This document shows positions 1 to 10,693 of a stretch of DNA of 64,000 bases, one piece after another. Numbering within the stretch: the first letter of the stretch is position 1; each line of letters starts with the position of its first letter. Below the pieces are notes generated by a model that saw only the letters and a program-made list of their open reading frames with translations, made no database searches and was not told the origin of the DNA. A program made the position numbers and the translations under genes. Origin of the DNA: an uncultured virus (IMG/VR IMGVR_UViG_3300027977_001066) (taxonomy: Duplodnaviria; Heunggongvirae; Uroviricota; Caudoviricetes); IMG/VR virus record IMGVR_UViG_3300027977_001066. One strand, 5' to 3'.

Positions 1-2
1 CT

Positions 3-3000
3 AGTTTAGTTGTTAGTGGTAATATCACCCCTACCGCTAATATTACATATGATTTAGGTAATAATACTAATCGTTTTAAAGACATTTACCTTGCAAATAG
101 TACAATCTATTTAGGTAATGCTACAGTTCAAGCAAATGCAAATGCATTGATATTAACCAATCCAATAGGTGGTCAATTAATTGTGTCGGGTAATGGTGCA
201 TCATACAGCAACTCTATTGTTAACGGAAATAGTAACGTTGATGTATATTTAGATAGTAACGTTGCTATTTCAGTAGCAGGTAATTCAAACGTTGTTATTG
301 TAACCGGTAATAGTGTAAATGTTAATGGAACAATAAATTCTTCAAATGCTAATTTGGGAAATAGTGTTACAGCAAACTATTTTATTGGTAGTGGTGCAAA
401 CTTAACGAATATACCAGGTGCTAATATTACAGGTGCAATAGGTAATGCCAATGTTGCGGTAACAGTATCAGATAACGCACAACCTAATATTACAAGCACT
501 GGCACATTAGCAAGTCTAAGTGTTTCAGGTAATGCTAATATTGGTAATATTGGTACTGGATTAATAACAGCAACTGGTAATTTAACTGGCGCTAATTTAA
601 TAACTGGTGGAACAATAAGTGCTACTGGAAACGCAAACGTTGGTAATATAGGAGCAGCCGCAGGTGTATTTACAACTATTGACGGATCTCTAACAACAGC
701 CGCACAACCTAATATTACAAGCACTGGCACATTAGCAAGTCTAAGTGTTTCAGGTAATGCTAATATTGGTAATATTGGTACTGGATTAATAACAGCAACT
801 GGTAATTTAACTGGCGCTAATTTAATAACTGGTGGATTAGTTACCGCAACTGGTAATATCACCGGTGGTAATATTGATACTTCCGGAAATGTTTCTGGTG
901 TAGGTAATGTCATTGGTGGTAATCTAACAACAGGTGGATTGGTTACTGCTATTGGTAATATCACCGGTGGTAATTTATTAACCGGCGGGATATTATCAGT
1001 TGGTGGTAATGCTAATGTAGGAAACATAGGTGGTAATAATGCAATGTTTACCACACTAACCGGAACACTATCTACAGCCGCACAACCTAATGTCACAAGC
1101 ACTGGCACATTAGCAAGTCTAAGTGTTTCAGGTAATGCAACAATAACTAATTTATCAGTTACTGGAAATTTAAACGCAGGAGATATTATAGTCGGTTCTA
1201 TTGCTAATGGAAATAGTAATGTTGATATTACTAACACAAACGGCAATGTAACTATAAGTGTGGATGGGGTTGCAAATGTTGCGACCTTCACATCTACCGG
1301 TGCAAATGTTACAGGTAATATTACTGCAGGTAATGTATCTGCAACAACATTCACTGGTGCATTGACTGGGACGGCAACAAGTGCTAATACAGCAGGTACA
1401 GTAACATCTAATTCACAACCTAATGTCACAAGTTTAGGCACATTAACAAGTTTAGCAGTTACAGGTAATATTAGTGCAGGTAATGTATCTGCAACAACAT
1501 TCACTGGTGCACTAAGTGGCGCGGCAACAACAGCAGGTACCGTAACAACTGCGGCACAACCAAATATTACCAGTACAGGTACGCTAACTTCATTAGCAGT
1601 TACAGGTAATATTAGTGCAGGTAATGTATCTGCAACAACATTCACTGGTGCACTAAGTGGCGCGGCAACAACAGCAGGCACAGTAACAACTAATTCACAA
1701 CCCAATATTACAAGTTTAGGCACACTGACTGGTTTAACTGTTAACGGTACTGCTAATTTAGGTTCAGTCAGTAACATTAAAATTGCAGGTACTACAGGAT
1801 TCTTGCAAAGTGATGGTAACGGTAATTTATCGTTTGCTTCTGCTATTATTCAATCTATCCCGGGTGCGGCAAATACAGTATTATTATCAAATGGTGCAAA
1901 CAACATTATTGCCTCTGGAAACATTAAATTCAATGATCCACAATTAGATATTACAGGTAATTTATCTGTTACTGGCAACGCAAACGTAGGTAACATTGGT
2001 GCTACTAATATTGTAGGAACATTGACAACAAATGCACAAAATAACATCACAAGTTTAGGTACTTTAACAAGTCTTGCGATTGGTGGTAATTTAAATTCAA
2101 ACTCTAATATTGTATTAAACAACGTTAATGCTAATATTAGCACATTGGGTAATATGACTGCTAACGTGTATTTTGGTAATGGTAGTCAATTAACTGGCAT
2201 TACAGTGGGTGCCGGCTCAAGTATTGTTAATGGTAATAGTAATGTTACTGTTAATGCTAATAGTAGTGTAACTATTAGTGCTATAGGAACACCTAACGTA
2301 GTTATCATAACGAACACAAGTGCTAATATTACAGGAAATTTAAGTGTCTCTGGTAATATTACTGCTGGTAATGTTACTGGAAACGTTAGTGGTAGCGCAA
2401 CTACTGCAGGTACAGTAACAACTAATGCACAACCAAATATTACAAGTACAGGTACATTAGCAAGTTTAAGTGTATCCGGTAACATAACCGGTGGTAACTT
2501 AGTAACCGGTGGTGCAGTAAGTGCTACTGGTAATGGCACATTTGGTAATGTGTCTGCTACTACGTTTACAGGTTCATTAAGTGGTGTGGCTACAAGTGCC
2601 ACTACAGCAGGCACGGTAACAACTGCGGCTCAACCAAACATAACATCAGTTGGTACACTAACAAGTTTATCAGTATCAGGCAATATTGCGGCAGGTAATG
2701 TAAGTGCTACAACATTCACTGGTGCATTAACTGGTCTTGCATCAAGTGCAACAGTAGCGGCGTCGGCTAACTCAGTAGCCGGCGCTAATGTATCCGGTGC
2801 AGTTGGGTTAGCTACGTTTGCAACAACAGCCAACGCAGTAGCCGGTGCTAATGTATCCGGTACTGTCGCTTTAGCTACAAGTGCAACAACTGCAGGTACT
2901 GTAACAACTGCGGCTCAACCTAATATTACATCAGTTGGTACATTAACAAGTTTAGCAGTTACTGGTAACATCAGTGCTGGTAACGTAAGTGCCACAACAT

Positions 3001-4772
3001 TTACTGGGGCATTAAGTGGTGCGGCAACTAGTGCTACTACAGCCGGTACCGTAACGACTGCGGCACAGCCAAATATTACAAGTACAGGTACATTAACAAG
3101 TGTTAGTGTAACAGGTAACGTAACTGCAGGTAATTTAGTAACAGCTGGTATATTAAGTGTTACTGGCACTGGCGTAAGCTCCATTGCTGGTAACTTAGAT
3201 ATGACCAGTAACAATATTGTTAATCTTGCTACACCAGTTAATGATGCAGATGCGGCAACCAAAGCATATGTAGATACAGTAGCACAAGGTCTTGATACTA
3301 AAGCAAGTGTTGTAGCCGCAACTACAGTTAATATTACATTGACCGGCGCACAAACTATTGATGGTGTATCTATTGTAGCCGGTGATAGAGTATTAGTTAA
3401 AAATCAAACAGCACCTGCAGAAAATGGTTTGTATCTATGTGCCGCAGGTTCATGGACACGAACAACAGATATGGCAACTTGGGCACAAGTTCCAGGAGCA
3501 TATGTATTCGTTGAAACAGGAACTACTCAAGCAGACACTGGTTGGGTATGCACATCAAATGCAGGTGGAACAATTGGTGTAACCGCAATGACTTGGGCAC
3601 AGTTTAGTGGTGCAGGAAGTTACACAGCAGGAACAGGTTTAACGTTAACTGGTAGTGTATTCAGTGTGAATGTTGCTCAAACACAAATCACTTCAGTTGG
3701 TACATTAACAAGTTTATCAGTATCGGGTAACATCAATGCCGGTAATGTAAGTGCTACAACATTCACTGGTGCGCTAACAGGTCTTGCATCTAGTGCAACA
3801 GTAGCGGCAAGTGCTAACTCAGTAGCAGGTGGTAATGTATCTGGGCAAGTATCTAATGCATTAGTTGCAGGTACTGTTTATACTGCGGCTCAACCAAACA
3901 TTACTTCATTAGGAACTCTAAGTTCATTGAGTGTATCAGGTAATGCTAACGTAGGTAATATAGGTGCTACTAATGGTGTGTTCACAAATGTTTCTGGTAA
4001 TGGTTCATCATTAACTTCTATCAATGGGGCTAACGTAACAGGCAATGTAGGGAACGCATTAAATGCATATGCAGTAGCTGGCGCCAATGTATCTGGTGCA
4101 GTTGCTTTTGCAACCACAGCTAATAGTGTAGCCGGCGGTAATGTAAGCGGTACTGTTGCTAATGCAACATTTGCAACAAGTGCAGGTAGTGCAACAACCG
4201 CCGGTACAGTAACAACAGCGGCTCAACCAAATATAACAAGTACAGGTACATTAACAAGTTTAACTGTATCCGGTGCAACATCTGTAACGGGTAACTCTGC
4301 ATTAACAACTACTAACTTGACTAGTGGTGCCAATACTACGGCAGGTTATATTACAGGAACTTGGACATTAACTACTGGTTCTAAACTAAATGCTACATAT
4401 GCTGACTTAGCAGAAAAATATGTTGCTGATGCAGATTATCTTCCAGGCACAGTTTTGGTCTTTGGCGGTGAACACGAAGTTACATTATCAACAACTTCAG
4501 ATTCATTTAGAGTTGCAGGAGTTGTAACGACTAATCCAGCATATACTATGAACAATGATTGTCTGGGAGAACTTATTGCTACTATTGCACTGCAAGGTCG
4601 TGTACCAGTTAAAGTAATTGGCCCAGTCTTCAAAGGCGATTTACTAGTATCAAGTGACAATGGTCACGCTATTGCTAATAATATAGCACGTGCGGGAACC
4701 ATCATTGGTAAATCACTAGAAAATTTTACAGATACCTCAGGTGTTATTGAAGTAGCAGTGGGTCGTTTCTAA
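3..4772 (+). CDS. Long repeat-rich tail fibre/adhesin, 5'-truncated by the window edge, with C-terminal intramolecular-chaperone (peptidase G2-like) domain
   Basis: Frame is open from position 3, upstream of the listed 147 start. G/N/T/A/V-rich with recurring TAGTVTTAAQPNITSxGTL repeats. Contains a DAATKAYVD...GDRVLVKNQT..ENGLY fibre domain and a C-terminal YADLAEKY...NPAY...IALQGRVPVKV...GDLLVS domain. Confidence 0.85.
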   Translation, partial: SLVVSGNITPTANITYDLGNNTNRFKDIYLANSTIYLGNATVQANANALILTNPIGGQLIVSGNGASYSNSIVNGNSNVDVYLDSNVAISVAGNSNVVIVTGNSVNVNGTINSSNANLGNSVTANYFIGSGANLTNIPGANITGAIGNANVAVTVSDNAQPNITSTGTLASLSVSGNANIGNIGTGLITATGNLTGANLITGGTISATGNANVGNIGAAAGVFTTIDGSLTTAAQPNITSTGTLASLSVSGNANIGNIGTGLITATGNLTGANLITGGLVTATGNITGGNIDTSGNVSGVGNVIGGNLTTGGLVTAIGNITGGNLLTGGILSVGGNANVGNIGGNNAMFTTLTGTLSTAAQPNVTSTGTLASLSVSGNATITNLSVTGNLNAGDIIVGSIANGNSNVDITNTNGNVTISVDGVANVATFTSTGANVTGNITAGNVSATTFTGALTGTATSANTAGTVTSNSQPNVTSLGTLTSLAVTGNISAGNVSATTFTGALSGAATTAGTVTTAAQPNITSTGTLTSLAVTGNISAGNVSATTFTGALSGAATTAGTVTTNSQPNITSLGTLTGLTVNGTANLGSVSNIKIAGTTGFLQSDGNGNLSFASAIIQSIPGAANTVLLSNGANNIIASGNIKFNDPQLDITGNLSVTGNANVGNIGATNIVGTLTTNAQNNITSLGTLTSLAIGGNLNSNSNIVLNNVNANISTLGNMTANVYFGNGSQLTGITVGAGSSIVNGNSNVTVNANSSVTISAIGTPNVVIITNTSANITGNLSVSGNITAGNVTGNVSGSATTAGTVTTNAQPNITSTGTLASLSVSGNITGGNLVTGGAVSATGNGTFGNVSATTFTGSLSGVATSATTAGTVTTAAQPNITSVGTLTSLSVSGNIAAGNVSATTFTGALTGLASSATVAASANSVAGANVSGAVGLATFATTANAVAGANVSGTVALATSATTAGTVTTAAQPNITSVGTLTSLAVTGNISAGNVSATTFTGALSGAATSATTAGTVTTAAQPNITSTGTLTSVSVTGNVTAGNLVTAGILSVTGTGVSSIAGNLDMTSNNIVNLATPVNDADAATKAYVDTVAQGLDTKASVVAATTVNITLTGAQTIDGVSIVAGDRVLVKNQTAPAENGLYLCAAGSWTRTTDMATWAQVPGAYVFVETGTTQADTGWVCTSNAGGTIGVTAMTWAQFSGAGSYTAGTGLTLTGSVFSVNVAQTQITSVGTLTSLSVSGNINAGNVSATTFTGALTGLASSATVAASANSVAGGNVSGQVSNALVAGTVYTAAQPNITSLGTLSSLSVSGNANVGNIGATNGVFTNVSGNGSSLTSINGANVTGNVGNALNAYAVAGANVSGAVAFATTANSVAGGNVSGTVANATFATSAGSATTAGTVTTAAQPNITSTGTLTSLTVSGATSVTGNSALTTTNLTSGANTTAGYITGTWTLTTGSKLNATYADLAEKYVADADYLPGTVLVFGGEHEVTLSTTSDSFRVAGVVTTNPAYTMNNDCLGELIATIALQGRVPVKVIGPVFKGDLLVSSDNGHAIANNIARAGTIIGKSLENFTDTSGVIEVAVGRF
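476..836 (+). repeat. Exact ~136-bp direct repeat inside the fibre gene (476-611 and 701-836)
   Basis: Identical sequence cgcacaacctaatattacaagc...taactggtgga at an offset of 225 nt. Further near-identical copies occur, e.g. 1452 vs 1593 (offset 141 nt). Confidence 0.9.
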
Positions 4773-4786
4773 TAAAGGGAAATTAA

Positions 4787-5410
4787 ATGGTAACGATAGA
4801 ATTATTAACAGCAATGTGTCCAAAAACAAGACGCTCTACGTTAGAGGGTTTTGTTGAGCCACTAAACACAGTAGCAGAATACTACGAGATGTTTGAGAAC
4901 CCACGCAGAGTTGCAGGCTTCTTAGCACAAATTGCACACGAAAGTGGTGGATTTAATGCTGTAGTTGAAAACTTAAATTATAGTGCTAAAGGATTGATGG
5001 GTACATTTAAAAAGTATTTTCCTAACGAAGAACTAGCAAAGCAATATGAACGCAAGCCAGAAATGATTGCCAATCGTGTTTATGCTAATCGTATGAAGAA
5101 CGGTGACGAATATAGTGGTGACGGCTTTAGGTTCAGAGGTCGTGGATTGATTCAGTTGACCGGTCGTGATAATTATACACGTTTTGCAGAAGCATTAGAT
5201 ATGAGTTTAGAAGATACAGTTAGATATTTAGAAACTCCAAATGGTGCTGTTGCAAGTGCTGGTTGGTTTTGGGATAACAATAAACTAAATCAGTTCTGTG
5301 ACCGTGATGACTTTATCACATTAACAAAACGTATCAACGGTGGAATAATTGGATTAGAAGATAGAAAACATCACTATCATTTAGCACTAGAACATTTGGG
5401 CGCACATTAA
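4787..5410 (+). CDS. Glycoside hydrolase family 19 lysin (endolysin/chitinase-like)
   Basis: FLAQIAHESGGF, ENLNYSA, FRGRGLIQLTGRDNY, SAGWFW and TKRINGG motifs. Confidence 0.9.
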   Translation: MVTIELLTAMCPKTRRSTLEGFVEPLNTVAEYYEMFENPRRVAGFLAQIAHESGGFNAVVENLNYSAKGLMGTFKKYFPNEELAKQYERKPEMIANRVYANRMKNGDEYSGDGFRFRGRGLIQLTGRDNYTRFAEALDMSLEDTVRYLETPNGAVASAGWFWDNNKLNQFCDRDDFITLTKRINGGIIGLEDRKHHYHLALEHLGAH

Positions 5411-5411
5411 T

Positions 5412-7886
5412 ATGGCACAACCAGTATGGAATACCCCTGCAGGATCGATAGGAAGTTTTCCTGCATTATTGCCAATGGCATTTCAATTATCAGCAAGTGC
5501 AGTATTACCGGCTTCAAATGTAAATTACACTTTACTAAGTGGATCATTACCTAGTGGACTAAGCATTAATGAAGATGGATTGATATCAGGTACACCTACG
5601 CTTGTAACCGGGAATACATTGTCTACTTTTGCTGTTAGAGTTACTGATAATTTACAAAATATTAGGGATAGAACTTTCTCAATTAACATTTCAGGTTCTG
5701 CGATACCGCAATTTACTACGCCCAATGGAAGTTTAATAAGCACCTTAGATAGTTTATGGATAAGTATTCCAGTTACATATACTAATCCTAGCACAAGTAA
5801 TCCCGTAATAGTACAGGTTAAAGAAGGCGCATTGCCACCTGGATTAGAAATTGATTTGTTGGGTAATATACGTGGATATGCAACACCACCTATAATAACA
5901 TTAACTTCACCGTCAGTTATAACTACTGCATCAGATACCACAAGCTCTACTAACTTAATTACAGTTACATCAACTGTGGGATTTACTATAGGTAGAGCAG
6001 TCGTATTCAGTGGAACTACGTTTGGTGATATTAACACTGGTCAGCAATATTTTGTCAAGTCAATACCCTCATCAACTACATTTACAATTACCTCAACACA
6101 AAATGGACCTGAATTAATATTAACGACTGGTTCAGGGTCAATGACTGTTACACTACCTACATCATCTACTGGTACCCCTACAATAAGAACATATACTTTT
6201 GCATTAGAACTTACCAGTCCCTTAGGCGGAGACATTGGTAATTATTCTATAACTGTTATTAATCAAAATACCCCCACAAGTCAGGGTGGACCAGGCAGAT
6301 TGCCTAATACTAGAGAACCGGTCATATTAAACACAAGACCACTAACGTTTAATTTAACTAATGATGATCCATACTATGGATATTATATATTGCCACCAGT
6401 TGCCCCTAGTCAATCTGCATTTATGGGTAACTTTCAAAGTGGCGAATATTTTGCATTTAAAATCATAGGCAATGACTTTGATGGAAACCCCATATCATAT
6501 AATTACTCCGGATTGCCTATAGGATTAACCGGTGATGTTCAAACTGGTTGGATAACCGGAACCCCCGCATTAGCAACCACAGGCATAAGTAGTTATAATT
6601 TTAGTGTAGGTGTTTATAAATCTGATAACCCTATATATGCAAGTCCTTTCTTTAACTTCACATATAACTTACAGAAAGAAATTACAGGTACTGTATCTTG
6701 GATAAGTGATAGTGACTTGGGACAAATATTTAATGGTACTATCAGTACATTGTTTGTTAGAGCAGTAAGTGATGTTGAATTAAGTTATAGATTAACAAGT
6801 GGTAGTTTGCCACCAAATCTAAGTATTTCAAGTAACGGAGAAATTATAGGAAGAGTTGCTGACCAGCCAACTAGTACATATTTAGAACAAAATTCAACAA
6901 CAGATTTTACATTTACAGTTCAAGCATACAGTGCAGAATTTCCTGTAATAGGCTCATCTAAATCGTTCACATTAACCGTGTTACAAGAATTCGATCAACC
7001 AACAGATACGTTGTACATTCAAGCTACACCTTCACTTAATGATAGGCAAATACTTTCTACATTGTTAAACAATACTGAATTGATACCAACTGATTCATTG
7101 TATAGAAGTAACGACCAATATTTTGGTAAGGCATCAAGTGTTATATATGAACACGCTTATGGCATATATGCAAGTGATATTGAAGAATATCTATCTGCTG
7201 TCACACAAAATCATTACTGGAGAAATATTACTCTAGGTGAATTAAAAACTGCTGTTGCAAAAAATAGTGCTGGTGAAATAATTTATGAAGTTGTTTACAG
7301 TGAAGTAATTGATAACTTAGTTAATCCATCAGGTATAAGCATACAGCAAGAAATAGTTTGGCCAAGACCCATTGATTTGGGATTAGGGCCATGGTATACA
7401 AGTATTACTGATATCTATACTAGTTACAGCGACATATTAGGACAAGAATACTATACCAGTTTAACACCGGGCTTTGCAAGAGTATTGTATCCAAACAGTT
7501 TATACAATATGCGTAATCGTGTGGCACAGGTTGTGGGTCAAGTAACGCAAAGTACATTATTACCATTATGGATGACAAGTCAACAGGCTAACGGTAGCAC
7601 GTTGGGATATACACAAGCTTGGGTTATATGTTATACTAAGCCAGGACTAGCGAATATTATTAAAACTAACATTGAAACTAATTGGCCGTACACACTAAAT
7701 CAAATTAATTTCCAAATCGACAGGTTCAGTGTAGATAAGAGTGTAACTTATAACTATAACAATAGAACGGTACCTGCTAGTTGGTCTGAATTGCCAAGTG
7801 CAACACCTACTCCCGATCCATTGAACAGCAAAGATTTCTATGTTTTATTCCCTAGACAAACAATTTTACCGAATGAAACTCAATAA
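5412..7886 (+). CDS. Virion structural protein with putative Ig (He_PIG-like) repeats
   Basis: Repeated GSLPxGLSI...G.ISGTP...F.V units; located in the structural region. Confidence 0.7.
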   Translation: MAQPVWNTPAGSIGSFPALLPMAFQLSASAVLPASNVNYTLLSGSLPSGLSINEDGLISGTPTLVTGNTLSTFAVRVTDNLQNIRDRTFSINISGSAIPQFTTPNGSLISTLDSLWISIPVTYTNPSTSNPVIVQVKEGALPPGLEIDLLGNIRGYATPPIITLTSPSVITTASDTTSSTNLITVTSTVGFTIGRAVVFSGTTFGDINTGQQYFVKSIPSSTTFTITSTQNGPELILTTGSGSMTVTLPTSSTGTPTIRTYTFALELTSPLGGDIGNYSITVINQNTPTSQGGPGRLPNTREPVILNTRPLTFNLTNDDPYYGYYILPPVAPSQSAFMGNFQSGEYFAFKIIGNDFDGNPISYNYSGLPIGLTGDVQTGWITGTPALATTGISSYNFSVGVYKSDNPIYASPFFNFTYNLQKEITGTVSWISDSDLGQIFNGTISTLFVRAVSDVELSYRLTSGSLPPNLSISSNGEIIGRVADQPTSTYLEQNSTTDFTFTVQAYSAEFPVIGSSKSFTLTVLQEFDQPTDTLYIQATPSLNDRQILSTLLNNTELIPTDSLYRSNDQYFGKASSVIYEHAYGIYASDIEEYLSAVTQNHYWRNITLGELKTAVAKNSAGEIIYEVVYSEVIDNLVNPSGISIQQEIVWPRPIDLGLGPWYTSITDIYTSYSDILGQEYYTSLTPGFARVLYPNSLYNMRNRVAQVVGQVTQSTLLPLWMTSQQANGSTLGYTQAWVICYTKPGLANIIKTNIETNWPYTLNQINFQIDRFSVDKSVTYNYNNRTVPASWSELPSATPTPDPLNSKDFYVLFPRQTILPNETQ

Positions 7887-7910
7887 CTAAATACTAGACG
7901 GAAAACGAAT

Positions 7911-8942
7911 ATGAGTCAAATAAACACAAATGGAATAAATGTAAATTATCCTGTACCCGGCGTTAACAATAACAGCCAAGGGTTTAGAGATAACTTTGCC
8001 GCAATTAGAACTAATCTGAATACTGCTAGTACAGAAATTACAGATTTACAAAACAATGTAGTGGTTAAATCTGCACTAGCCAATACGGTTGTAGATAACA
8101 ATATGGCTAACACATTGATTAGCAATGCATTGACACGTAGCTTCAGAGCTAGTAGTTATAATTTGGGTAACAATATTTCTAATTCAATTGTTATCAATGC
8201 TAGTTTGGGTGATGTACAATATGGAACTATCTCTGGTAATACCACTATTCAGTTTGCAGGTTGGGCACCAGCTGGAACACAAAGTAATCTTCAATTACAA
8301 TTGAATATCGCATCAAACTCTAATCCAGTTATATCATTACCCACACAAGTATCAATTGCAGGTACGTATGGAGTAAAAACTGTTGAAAACTTTAGTAACG
8401 CAAATGGTATACCAACTCTAACAGTGCCATATGGTGTTGACCAATTAGCATTTAGATTAAGCACATTAGATTGCGGTAACAATATCACAATCGAACCGTT
8501 TAATTTGCCTAGACAAACTATGCAGATTCAACAACGCACTCCTGCCCCAACAGGCTTTCAAGGTGATGTAGCTGGAACAGTATCAGTAGATGCAAATTAT
8601 GTATATGTATGTACTGACTCATATAATTCTATAGCCAATACTGTATATGTAACAGCTACTACCACAACTAGTAACAAAGTTACGATTGACAATACTGCCA
8701 AAGTTACTGCTAATGATCCTATTATTTTATCATCGAATATAGGTGGGTTGATTGCTAATACAGTTTATTATGTAGTAGGAATAGCAGATTCAGGAGCACC
8801 GGGAAATATATCTGTCAGTGCGACTAGAACAAGTGGTACAGCAGGGGCCAATGTGGCATTAAGCAATGCATCCGGAAACATATCATCAGTATCTTACAAT
8901 GGTACTGATATCTGGAAAAGAATTCAACTAACTTCTTGGTAA
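7911..8942 (+). CDS. Putative structural (baseplate/tail) protein
   Basis: N-terminal YPVPGVNNNSQGFRDNF and C-terminal YVYVCT...WKRIQL.SW motifs typical of large-phage tail proteins; TAAATA upstream. Confidence 0.6.
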   Translation: MSQINTNGINVNYPVPGVNNNSQGFRDNFAAIRTNLNTASTEITDLQNNVVVKSALANTVVDNNMANTLISNALTRSFRASSYNLGNNISNSIVINASLGDVQYGTISGNTTIQFAGWAPAGTQSNLQLQLNIASNSNPVISLPTQVSIAGTYGVKTVENFSNANGIPTLTVPYGVDQLAFRLSTLDCGNNITIEPFNLPRQTMQIQQRTPAPTGFQGDVAGTVSVDANYVYVCTDSYNSIANTVYVTATTTTSNKVTIDNTAKVTANDPIILSSNIGGLIANTVYYVVGIADSGAPGNISVSATRTSGTAGANVALSNASGNISSVSYNGTDIWKRIQLTSW

Positions 8943-8954
8943 TAAATACTAGGG

Positions 8955-9194
8955 ATGCAACATCCTTTTATAAACAATCTGTCTGACAAGTCTCTTGAGG
9001 ACTTGCAGACCAGTATTACCGATCTAATGAAAAAACTTAACTTTGCATACAGTATGCAGAACGGCCCTATGATCCATCAAATTTCTATGGTACTTGAAAG
9101 CTATAAAGCTGAACATAATAAAAAAATGGATGAGATTATGAAAAAACAAAATATTCAAACAACAGTTAGTGTTGAAAAAGAGAGCAAAAAATGA
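8955..9194 (+). CDS. Hypothetical protein
   Basis: ORF after a TAAATA late promoter; ATGA overlap with the next gene. Confidence 0.7.
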   Translation: MQHPFINNLSDKSLEDLQTSITDLMKKLNFAYSMQNGPMIHQISMVLESYKAEHNKKMDEIMKKQNIQTTVSVEKESKK

Positions 9195-9787
9195 CTACCA
9201 GAGTTAAACGAGAATTTAATTTTGTAGCCGGAATCTGGCTAGAGGGAGAATATCAGATTGGAATGTACTCGTTCATATTGTTCCTTGAAATAGTAACAGA
9301 TGACCCGTATGAACAATCCGTGGCACTGGAAAGAATGAAATACTTTATTGATGAGGTTGCTACTAACAGCATCTTTATAGAAGCCAGTGATAAGAAAACT
9401 ATAGATACATTTACCGGATTAGGTATGAAAGTAGGTGTGCTACCATTAGAACCATATGACCAAACACTGGCAATAGCACTATTATTAAAAATGAATGCTA
9501 TAACTGAAAATAAATTGAATATCACACACATAACGTTTAAATCACAATTGAGTGATGATGTTGAATATTTGATTGACATTGAAGATGAATTTGAACCTTT
9601 TGTTAGTAAAGATAATTGGTGGAATGATAGTGGTTCAAATATGAGTAATAATAAAAAATCAAATAAAAAAGATAAAATTGTTAAACTTCATAAAGACAAT
9701 GAATGGACAGAGTTAGATTTGGGTTGGAAACACGTATGTAAGCCCGAAGCAAGTGAAATTATATTCACATTGGATACGGACAAATAA
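9191..9787 (+). CDS. Hypothetical protein
   Basis: 198-aa ORF, translationally coupled. Confidence 0.7.
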   Translation: MTTRVKREFNFVAGIWLEGEYQIGMYSFILFLEIVTDDPYEQSVALERMKYFIDEVATNSIFIEASDKKTIDTFTGLGMKVGVLPLEPYDQTLAIALLLKMNAITENKLNITHITFKSQLSDDVEYLIDIEDEFEPFVSKDNWWNDSGSNMSNNKKSNKKDKIVKLHKDNEWTELDLGWKHVCKPEASEIIFTLDTDK

Positions 9788-9800
9788 CTATCCAAAGTTG

Positions 9801-9829
9801 TTGTGTCCTAGTATAATTTGTGTTATAAT
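9801..9829 (+). promoter_or_regulatory. Sigma70-type promoter (TTGTGT-N17-TATAAT, extended TG)
   Basis: -35 at 9801-9806, -10 at 9824-9829; ATG at 9836. Confidence 0.6.
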
Positions 9830-9835
9830 ACACAA

Positions 9836-10342
9836 ATGAAGTCAGATATTTACGGTCAACAAATTTTTACTGAAGCAGATTTATGTTTATTATATTTGCA
9901 AGACCCATTACGCACAATAAAATATGCCTTTGTAGAAAAAGATATCAATTTTGACGATATTCTACAATTAGAAACTACACCTAAACTTGTAAAATATGTT
10001 GATCCAAAAACTTCATTAGAAGATTTTGACAATAACAATCAATCAAACTGGCATTTACCCATCGAATATTTAAATATGGATATTGCCAAATATGTATTAG
10101 ACAAGTGCAATACTGAAGCAGAATTGCAACGTGCAGGGGAAGAACTAATTAAGTTCCAAGAACGTGAGATGTTTATACTGTTAAAATATCTAAAGTATTT
10201 GGTCGACACTATGCGTAGTAATAATATTGTATGGGGTGTAGGTCGAGGTTCTAGTGTAGCAAGTTTTGTATTGTTTTTACTAGAAATACACCGTATAAAT
10301 AGTTTGTACTATGACTTGTCTATAGATGAGTTTTTAAAATAA
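9836..10342 (+). CDS. Stand-alone fragment of DNA polymerase III alpha (DnaE) palm region
   Basis: WGVGRGSSVASFVLFLLEIHRINSLYYDL matches the DnaE GRGS motif. The ORF stops before the PDxDxD catalytic motif. Start moved to the ATG at 9836. Confidence 0.75.
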   Translation: MKSDIYGQQIFTEADLCLLYLQDPLRTIKYAFVEKDINFDDILQLETTPKLVKYVDPKTSLEDFDNNNQSNWHLPIEYLNMDIAKYVLDKCNTEAELQRAGEELIKFQEREMFILLKYLKYLVDTMRSNNIVWGVGRGSSVASFVLFLLEIHRINSLYYDLSIDEFLK

Positions 10343-10351
10343 GGAAACAAA

Positions 10352-10693
10352 ATGAAAAATTACAGATCCGCAATGGGAAAAACAATTGATATGGCTGCAT
10401 TAGCCTCACGCAATGAGCATACAAGAGCAGTTGGTAATATGCGTGTTAATGCTAGGGGTGACACAATTGATGCTACTGGTAGAATTATTAAACCAGTAAC
10501 TGACAAAGTAAATGAAGCCTATAGTAAAACTGTAGGAAATAAATCGGCACAGGTTACAAAAAGACCTGTTACACCTAAACCACAATTCAAAGAAGAACTT
10601 ACTCCGGCAGAAATTGAATTAGAAGAAAGTTTTGAAGATGATATTGAAGTGGAAAAAATTAAAGCAGAAGAAATTAAAAAAGGAAAAAAATGA
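10352..10693 (+). CDS. Hypothetical protein
   Basis: AAGGA RBS; AVGNMRVNARGD motif. Confidence 0.7.
   Translation: MKNYRSAMGKTIDMAALASRNEHTRAVGNMRVNARGDTIDATGRIIKPVTDKVNEAYSKTVGNKSAQVTKRPVTPKPQFKEELTPAEIELEESFEDDIEVEKIKAEEIKKGKK

Noticed and set aside
476..4270. Periodic repeats as a possible CRISPR array or DGR template
   Set aside because: The repeats are in-frame coding units with no unique spacers; there is no cas gene or reverse transcriptase, and no adenine-specific mismatch pattern was noticed.
377..4660. Long minus-strand ORFs (e.g. 377..1777, 466 aa) opposite the tail fibre
   Set aside because: Antisense shadows of the repetitive Gly/Asn/Thr/Ala codon pattern; the P/V/L-rich translations have no RBS or motifs.
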